This document shows positions 40,466-46,480 of a stretch of DNA of 46,480 nt, piece after piece. The notes below the pieces were generated by a model, which made no database searches, was not told the DNA's origin, and saw nothing but the letters and a program-made list of their open reading frames with translations. Source of the DNA: a candidate division WOR-3 bacterium (GTDB taxonomy: Bacteria > Hydrothermota > Tepidihabitantia > SM23-42 > JAOAFX01); contig JBBILZ010000013.1 in the NCBI GenBank assembly GCA_037444665.1, positions 1 through 46,480 of the forward strand, given 5' to 3'. Made by a program: the position numbers and the translations under genes. Every line of letters begins with the position of its first letter. Within the stretch, counting starts at the first letter, position 1.

Positions 40466-40493
40466 ATTATACTAAAAAAAAATAACAAGTCAA
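40466..40493 (-). promoter_or_regulatory. selAB promoter TTGACT-N16-TATAAT, probably leaderless
   Basis: TATAAT-caaata-ATG with no SD. Confidence 0.72.
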
Positions 40494-40698
40494 GTTTTTT
40501 AGTGTTCTTCTGTAATCTACAAATTCTTTTCCTTTTATTAAAGGTCATCGGGATATCAGGAAGTGGAATTCAGAATATCGAAGAGAAAAATGTCAAGCAA
40601 TGTTGACTATTGTGTTATCTAAAAGAAAAAATTGGATTTGTTAAAAGTAATTAAATATATTTCTCTGTGAGCGCGATAATGTGCTGAAAGGAGAAATT

Positions 40699-40857
40699 AT
40701 GGCAGAACAGATTCTTAAGAGATATCGGGCATCACCAGAAGATTTTACAATCGTTTATCGCCGCCATAAACCACAGCACTGCCTTCCTGTAGAGGTAGAT
40801 AACCTCATTCGTCACGCCATAAATGGTCCCTTTATGCGGCGAAAGAATGGACACTAA
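40699..40857 (+). CDS. Small unannotated ORF (52 aa) or gene remnant
   Basis: SD AAGGAG, 5 nt, ATG; MAEQILKRYRASPEDFTIVYRRHKPQHCLPVEVDNLIRHAINGPFMRRKNGH. Confidence 0.35.
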   Translation: MAEQILKRYRASPEDFTIVYRRHKPQHCLPVEVDNLIRHAINGPFMRRKNGH

Positions 40858-40938
40858 TTACCACGCTGGATGATTATAGCCGACTTCTCTTCTATGCGTA
40901 TTTAGTAAAATTAGTTATTCAAATTTCCCGCTTAGGAA

Positions 40939-42135
40939 CTAAAAAATTAATGTCCGTCTGAAATCTGTTTCTATTTTTCTTCGTGCAACTGGCCGCAAAA
41001 CGACAATTTTTCTTATTTTGTTTCTATTGAGTAAAAAATAAATACCTGAGCTAAGTTGTTCATCAAGAACCTTCCTGCCGGTTATATCCAATAAAAAATT
41101 TCCTGGATAGAATTGATAAGAGCTAACTTCTCGTTCAAAAATATCCACACCCCGTTTTGTTGCATACTTAACTCTGCCATCAGCATCAACATATGATATA
41201 TGTGGAAAACCCTCTGAATCCATTTCCAACGACGGAGAATAAACAAAGTAATCTGCAGTATCAACTATTTCAATATTCCATTGATTCGCCTGAATTCTCT
41301 CTGCAAAACATAGAATCATTCTACCCGAATGAAGTTGTCTGTAAAAGGCGCAGAATATGCGATTATGATAAGTATCTAACCCTTCAGTACCTGCGTAAGC
41401 GGAATCACTGATGATTTCTGAAACCCAGTTACCAACTACCTTTTCTGCAAAGTAAATACGTGGGGTATCACGCCAGTATAAGACAAAGACCCTGTTTGAA
41501 TCATCTACCGCTACGCTTGAAACCTGACCCCTAAGCCCTGGACCTGATATGAGTTCTTTTACCCAGCTATTCCCTTGTTTTGTAGCATACGTAAAGCCGT
41601 AGGGAGACGAATATGAATAAAAAGATATATGGGGTATTCCCGTTTTATCTAAAGAAAACCCTGCTGCATCACCCGGAGAATACCTATGGACTGTATCCTG
41701 AAACCATACACTGCCATCTTTATATACATAAAAAACGATGTTGCCAGAGTAATTATGATAAACAATTTTAGGACCAGTTGAATCAATATCAAGTTCTAAG
41801 CCATCATATAGGTCAGGTCTGAAGTTTGTAACTTCTTTAGTCCATGTCTCACCACTCTGTGAATGAGCAAATCTAAGATAGGTTCCGTCAGTAAAAGCAA
41901 TATAGATAGAATCATTATTTCTTTTTAATGAAGCAGCACCCCCGGGTACTGTATCCACTAAATAGCGATGCCAGATTGAACCATCATAAATTGCATAGTG
42001 AAGAAAATTATTTGTATGATTGCTATATGCGATTTCTGGATAACCGGATGGGTTTATTTCAATTGAAGTAAATCTATACGCTCCTGTATCAACCACATCT
42101 ATGTACCAGTTAAGAATCAAGAAAAAAATCAACAT
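40939..42135 (-). CDS. Secreted beta-propeller-like repeat protein with a degenerate CTD
   Basis: SD GGAGG before ATG 42135; repeats of (S.xxD..G.P.I.Y...L.YA....W..E.VD); C-terminal DITGRKV...SGIYFL...KIRKIVVLR. Confidence 0.75.
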   Translation of the reverse strand: MLIFFLILNWYIDVVDTGAYRFTSIEINPSGYPEIAYSNHTNNFLHYAIYDGSIWHRYLVDTVPGGAASLKRNNDSIYIAFTDGTYLRFAHSQSGETWTKEVTNFRPDLYDGLELDIDSTGPKIVYHNYSGNIVFYVYKDGSVWFQDTVHRYSPGDAAGFSLDKTGIPHISFYSYSSPYGFTYATKQGNSWVKELISGPGLRGQVSSVAVDDSNRVFVLYWRDTPRIYFAEKVVGNWVSEIISDSAYAGTEGLDTYHNRIFCAFYRQLHSGRMILCFAERIQANQWNIEIVDTADYFVYSPSLEMDSEGFPHISYVDADGRVKYATKRGVDIFEREVSSYQFYPGNFLLDITGRKVLDEQLSSGIYFLLNRNKIRKIVVLRPVARRKIETDFRRTLIF

Positions 42136-42148
42136 ATTCCACCTCCAA

Positions 42149-43600
42149 TTATGGTTGATTAATTTCAACAATTCTTATTTCTATGTCATCTAAGAATTCC
42201 CGCATCTCATCTGATGTACTTCTCACTCTTATACCAACACCAACATAGATTTCACCTTTAAATTCACCCGTTATTTGTGTTGCGTGAAAATAGTGATGCC
42301 ATCTTGGACCTCCACTGATTTCGCCTATTATAGAAAAATCTGATTCTACTTCTGGAATATATCTATCACAAAATGCCAGAACAGCACTTCCACCTTGCAT
42401 CTGGCTACCCTTTTTATGTTTGGCCCACAGTGATATTTGTATTTCCTTACTAACATTGGGAGGAATATCTACAGGTATAGTTCTCCATATCCATTTGCTT
42501 CCACAATCATGGGCTCCGTTTAAAAAGAATTCAAGACATTTTTGTCCTTCAGGGGTATGATTATCCTCATCCGTCAATGTTATACCTGTAAAAGATGGAA
42601 TTTGCGGCGGATGGGGTTCATATTCCTCTAATGGCTGAAACTGAATGCTTAATAAATTATCATCTTTTTCCATCCATTCATTTCTTTCCATTCCTTCAAA
42701 ATTGGTTGTAAAGAGAGAAAAATCATTTCTAACCAATAACTCCCGATAAGCGATATGATATCTGTTTAATATTTCTGGAGCAGTGAAATTTCGCCCAGCT
42801 ACGGCATAAATTGTATGACGACACGGTGAGCCATAACCAAGCCAGTCAAAAGTTGCCATTCCTGCACCGCCAGCAGGAATATTATGAATAATCTGTGTGC
42901 CAATTAGATGCCCGCTATTAAACGGTGAACCATCCCACAGCTCAACATCAACCTCAGACGCATCCGTGGCACCATAATTGTAAATAACCACTTCCGCTGA
43001 TATCAAGTTACCTGGAAGAGGATTAAAAGGCGAAAATTTGATATCCCCATTATGTACCACCAATTGGGCAGGCAATGGGTCGCCTGTATATGAAATAATC
43101 ATTGATGGTCTGTGATTAGAAATCGGAGACTGCGGGGATGCTATGCGAACAGATGGGTCTCCTATCTGAGTTGAAGTCCAAAATAAAGTGAGTGTTTTAT
43201 ATTGTAGAATATATGCGATTATTGATGGATAATTATTTAGTTGAATGCCTCTTGAGCCTACAAACGAAGACTCAAATTCATCAATAAGCACTGCATTTTC
43301 ACCTGGGCCAAAATAAAAAATGTCGCGAGGCAAGGTTTCAAAAAATGCATAATTGTCACCAGGAATTTTATTTGCAAGTGCATAGCATCTAATTGTTATA
43401 TCCGCTGAATAGGATTTTTCTACAAAATAGTTAAAGGTTATTTGAGGCTCTATTAACCCTAATGGAATGTGAGGGAAAGCAAAGGTGAGTAAGGCATTTG
43501 GTATCAACGCAGTATCCTTGTATTTACATTTTGATGCTTCTAAAACTCTACAAAAATCAACAACCCACTCACTTTCTATTTTAAATGTTGGCGTGTCCAT
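42149..43600 (-). CDS. Hypothetical protein with a central CARDB/Ig-like domain
   Basis: 483-aa ORF; DIKFSPFNPLPG..ISAEVVIYNYGA..A..V.VELWDG.P...HTIYAV. Start uncertain. Confidence 0.65.
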   Translation of the reverse strand: MDTPTFKIESEWVVDFCRVLEASKCKYKDTALIPNALLTFAFPHIPLGLIEPQITFNYFVEKSYSADITIRCYALANKIPGDNYAFFETLPRDIFYFGPGENAVLIDEFESSFVGSRGIQLNNYPSIIAYILQYKTLTLFWTSTQIGDPSVRIASPQSPISNHRPSMIISYTGDPLPAQLVVHNGDIKFSPFNPLPGNLISAEVVIYNYGATDASEVDVELWDGSPFNSGHLIGTQIIHNIPAGGAGMATFDWLGYGSPCRHTIYAVAGRNFTAPEILNRYHIAYRELLVRNDFSLFTTNFEGMERNEWMEKDDNLLSIQFQPLEEYEPHPPQIPSFTGITLTDEDNHTPEGQKCLEFFLNGAHDCGSKWIWRTIPVDIPPNVSKEIQISLWAKHKKGSQMQGGSAVLAFCDRYIPEVESDFSIIGEISGGPRWHHYFHATQITGEFKGEIYVGVGIRVRSTSDEMREFLDDIEIRIVEINQP

Positions 43601-43682
43601 CTCCTTTCAAAAACTGGCTCTTGACCATTTTGTGTGCCGTAACAGTTTAGCCACTCTAAAATTCTTTAAATTCTTATAATAT

Positions 43683-43710
43683 ACAATAATCAAAATTAAC
43701 GAATTGTCAA
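43683..43710 (-). promoter_or_regulatory. Promoter TTGACA-N16-TATTGT for the 43600/42135 genes
   Basis: Same spacing as the other promoters; the -10 is weaker. Confidence 0.45.
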
Positions 43711-43871
43711 TATCCAAAATGGAAGGAGCGCCGTTATGTTATGTTCAAATAAAATTTCCACACAACTATTGACATAGCCAAAATGCAGTGTCAGCTAAAA
43801 GATAAAATTAAACTTTTTTGGGTTGGAGAAGCATCAGTCTTTATCAAATTGTCTGAAAATATTCTGGATAA

Positions 43872-43912
43872 ATAAAAAGGGCGGATGCATTGTATTTACA
43901 GCATCCGCCCTT
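43872..43912 (-). terminator. Intrinsic terminator after the Omp28-like selenoprotein gene
   Basis: AAGGGCGGATGC...GCATCCGCCCTT 12-bp stem followed by a T-rich tract on the minus strand. Confidence 0.8.
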
Positions 43913-43928
43913 ATAAAAAATTTATTTT

Positions 43929-44993
43929 TTATCTTATTACAATCTTCCCGCTTGCGTTGGTCTCTTTGCTTTCAAATTGATAGAAGTATACTCCAGAACC
44001 CATTCTTTTTCCTTGAGCATCTTTCAAATCCCATTCTACTTTCTGCTCATTACCAGTTGCCAGACCCTTAATTGTGCGTATCTTTCTGCCTGCTACATCA
44101 AAAATATTGATCTGGTATAGTGTACTACTATTTAGTCTAAAATTAAAAGTAGTCTTGTTCACACAGGGGTTCGGACTCGGTCCTATTCTCTCAGTTAATG
44201 AATTTTCAGTATTCTCTTCAGCAACATAGGTCAATTGAGAAACCTTTATTAGACCGCCCTGCCAGATATCCCTTGTAGAATCAGAAAGCAAGACCGTGCT
44301 CTGTATCCAGGCAACAATTTCACACTTGTTTGCATTCCAGCCTGACTGGACAGTAAAGTTTCTACTCACTGTTATTGAATCATTAGGAGCAAGCGTGACC
44401 GCTGTTCCACTTGTGTCGGGTAGATAATCGCGGGCAACATGATTGTGCCAGAGGTCACCATTGGGTGCAGAATAGTATAAACTATCTTCAGTCAACACAA
44501 AGCGGATACGACCAGTTAGAGTTGCCGTAGAGTCATTACGGAATTTTGCATAGACTGTGCCAGTCCCTCTTAATGGCGTATAAATGCCCCACATTGTGCA
44601 GGTGAATGGTGCTGGTCTGTTCATTTCAGTGACAATCTTTGATTGCCATTGTGAATAGTCATAACTTCCATGCGGGTCTCCATCATACCAGAGCCAGGGT
44701 GTTGCATAGTACCACGAACCACCATAATAATACGGCGGTGGATAAGAATACATTCTTTGTAGTGCTTCAGCATTGTACAGGGGATAACTTGAACTGATAT
44801 GCATCTCTATAGCAGCAACCCTACCTGGATAGTTTATTGCAATCTGAGCCAGTGTCCCACTGGCTGCATTACAGCCACTTCAGCCTTCCTGGTAGAGTTC
44901 TTCACAGACCACTACCCTCTGGGCAGAAAAGCCAGCACTCAAGAGCATAATGCCCAGAAGCAGACTTAAGGGTAGATAACCCTTTGGCTTCAT
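43929..44993 (-). CDS. Secreted Omp28-related thioredoxin-fold selenoprotein (U38-S-G-C41) with FlgD/T9SS-like CTD, 354 aa
   Basis: AGGAGG-tatt-ATG at 44993; MKPKGYLPLSLLLGIMLLSAGFSA-QRVVVCEELYQEG(TGA 44882-44880)SGCNAASG...RVAAIE runs in frame into the track ORF MHISSSYP; YATP motif; VLTED...HNHVARD; CTD PNP...IFDVAGRKIRT...SGVYFY...GKIVIR. Confidence 0.88.
44838..44873 (-). promoter_or_regulatory. Bacterial SECIS-like hairpin 3' of the in-frame UGA
   Basis: mRNA UGA-AGUGGC-UGUAAU-GC-AGCCAGUG-GGA-CACUGGCU-CAG-AUUGCA: 8-bp upper stem, 6-bp lower stem, G-first apical loop 22 nt after the UGA. Confidence 0.75.
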
Positions 44994-45064
44994 AATACCT
45001 CCTATTAATAATAAATACTTTTTTCTGGAAAATCAAGAAAATTATAATTAGCACAATGTTCTGC

Positions 45065-46480
45065 TCATTGCAGGGGCTGAACCAAAACATCATCATAATC
45101 TACCACCATCTCTTCATGTTCCACAACACCGATACCAATTCCACCATTGATAAAGGGATTGTCGTTGTCAGTATATGTGATGCGAAGGGTATCATTCAAG
45201 TAACACTTAATTTGATTATTGGATTGAATTTCTATCTTAAGGATATACCAGACATCCTTTTCTGGTTTAAAATCATCCCCGGCGAGAAATTGCCAGTTTC
45301 CATTAACCCGCTTGTGAAGTTCAAGGCCAGTTTCATTATAAATGCCAAAGCGGTAGTAGTTCAAAGTATCTTGCACCCGGAAGAATATATACGACCTCAA
45401 TGTGGACACAAGGTCACTTCCTTTTATTCTGGTTCTAACACGGTATCGGAAGTTTGTCCAGTCACAACCTTCAGCAACAGTTGCAAGATGCGCACTACCG
45501 CTTGCCCTCACAAATCCTGAATCTTGTGGAATATTCCAGTTTCCAAAGTGCTTGTCCCATAATGGAGACATCTGACCACTATTAAAGTTGTCATAAAATA
45601 ATGTCTCGGGCAAAACCAGGGGCCGCACAACAACATCATCATAGTAATTGGTCATATTGTCTTCATTGGTCCCGATGCCAATACCACCGCTGAGATATTT
45701 TGTATCATTCACAGCAATCACCCGCTCGCCATTGAGGAAACAAAAAATTGAACTACCCTGAACCTTAACTGCAAGATTATACCAGATATCCCTCTCTGGT
45801 TGAAAGTTATAAGCACCAAGCCTGGTCCATCTGTATAACCCATCACGCCGATAAAGAACAAGTCTTGGCTCATCTCCCTTTATGCCAAATCGGTAATACA
45901 TCGTATCAGTATCATTCTGAACCCGGAAGTAAAGATAGGACTTGAGATATGTTATATGTGGATGGATGCTTCCTGCCATTTTAGTGTTCATCTGAAAACG
46001 ATAATTGGTCCAGTTCCCGTCACCCGCACCAACCGTGGCAAAATGGCGCCCGTAAACACCGCTCCCTTTAGCACTACTATCTTCAACTGACCAGGCTCCT
46101 ATAGGATTCCATAGATGCCATTGCCCACTCATTTTGCCTGAGTTAAAATCATCACAAAAGATATCACCAGGTGTTGGTCTCATTGCCCGTCTGACTGGCC
46201 TTGTAATACCACCCACTGTATCACCATCACTGGTTGCAATTATCTGAATAATACCACAGGTATCTTTAATATCCAAGTGGATCGGTATATCCCTTGTCTC
46301 AAGGGGATTTAATGAAAACGACTTTGGCTCCCACTCCATCCTGCCGTGGCCCTGGGTAAATCTATAACCCAATCTTATCTGCATTGTATCCGGCGTATTA
46401 TTTGCAATGGTCAAGTTGAAAGAATCACCATAAGGAAATTTTATAAACAATCTTTCAGACAGCCCAAGACTCACCCGGTC
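45065..46480 (-). CDS. Protein with two tandem DUF1080/concanavalin-like (LamG) domains; 5'-truncated by window edge
   Basis: Frame is open to base 46480; duplicated unit F.D.FNSG.MS..W...WTN.R...YFRVQ...YYRFGI...WY.L......I.C.LN...GGIGIG...YDDV.V.PL. Confidence 0.78.
   Translation of the reverse strand, partial: DRVSLGLSERLFIKFPYGDSFNLTIANNTPDTMQIRLGYRFTQGHGRMEWEPKSFSLNPLETRDIPIHLDIKDTCGIIQIIATSDGDTVGGITRPVRRAMRPTPGDIFCDDFNSGKMSGQWHLWNPIGAWSVEDSSAKGSGVYGRHFATVGAGDGNWTNYRFQMNTKMAGSIHPHITYLKSYLYFRVQNDTDTMYYRFGIKGDEPRLVLYRRDGLYRWTRLGAYNFQPERDIWYNLAVKVQGSSIFCFLNGERVIAVNDTKYLSGGIGIGTNEDNMTNYYDDVVVRPLVLPETLFYDNFNSGQMSPLWDKHFGNWNIPQDSGFVRASGSAHLATVAEGCDWTNFRYRVRTRIKGSDLVSTLRSYIFFRVQDTLNYYRFGIYNETGLELHKRVNGNWQFLAGDDFKPEKDVWYILKIEIQSNNQIKCYLNDTLRITYTDNDNPFINGGIGIGVVEHEEMVVDYDDVLVQPLQ

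Noticed and set aside
43601..43680. In-frame TGA just upstream of the 43600 ORF as a second Sec codon
   Set aside because: The upstream frame has no SD-led start, Cys-like motif context or convincing downstream hairpin.
43769..43796. Additional intergenic TTGACN hexamers (36796, 36924, 40596, 40603, 43769)
   Set aside because: No TANNNT at the 16-nt spacing, so not called as promoters.
44902..45096. 64-aa minus-strand ORF in the track
   Set aside because: Different frame overlapping the real SD-led N-terminus of the selenoprotein.
167..45520. Numerous 60-150 aa alternate-frame or antisense ORFs in the track
   Set aside because: Nested within well-supported genes, with no SD or recognisable motifs.
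1..46480. Genome-wide UGA recoding (genetic code 4 or 25)
   Set aside because: Conserved genes end properly at TGA with ATGA overlaps, and long ORFs contain no other internal TGA.
1..46480. CRISPR array, prophage, integrase or intact transposase
   Set aside because: No regularly spaced 25-45 nt repeats with unique spacers and no recognisable cas, phage or recombinase motifs; the repeats found are 7/8-nt tandem types.

Overview
AT-rich bacterial chromosomal window; gene content (FlgD/T9SS-like C-terminal domains, GWxTD proteins, PorX-like regulator) suggests a WOR-3/FCB-associated lineage, which is inference only. 1-12.6 kb (+): clpX 3' end, a GAF-GGDEF protein, a sensor kinase plus PorX-like REC-PglZ regulator, Hsp20, lon, two GWxTD proteins, an NYN protein and a PHP phosphatase. 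12.9-28.7 kb (+): four large secreted proteases (S8, C25, S8, M28) with C-terminal sorting-like domains. 28.9-36.6 kb (mostly -): rdgB, SPOR, manC-like, DUF3108-like, htpX, lemA, HD-GYP, pdp. 37-40.5 kb: selenocysteine machinery (selC tRNA-Sec, selB, selA). 41-46.5 kb (-): secreted or hypothetical proteins. The main finding is a secreted Omp28/thioredoxin-like selenoprotein that the ORF track truncates (43929-44993, -). It has an SD, a signal peptide, an in-frame UGA in a U-S-G-C motif and a SECIS-like hairpin, and it lies 3.5 kb from selAB/selC. Other signals: the selB stop codon lies inside the antisense strand of tRNA-Sec; ten sigma70-like promoters all have a 16-nt spacer (three apparently leaderless, including selA); the manC-like gene probably starts at AUU; and 7/8-nt repeats plus a mini-hairpin sit in frame in the C-terminal domains of two proteases.
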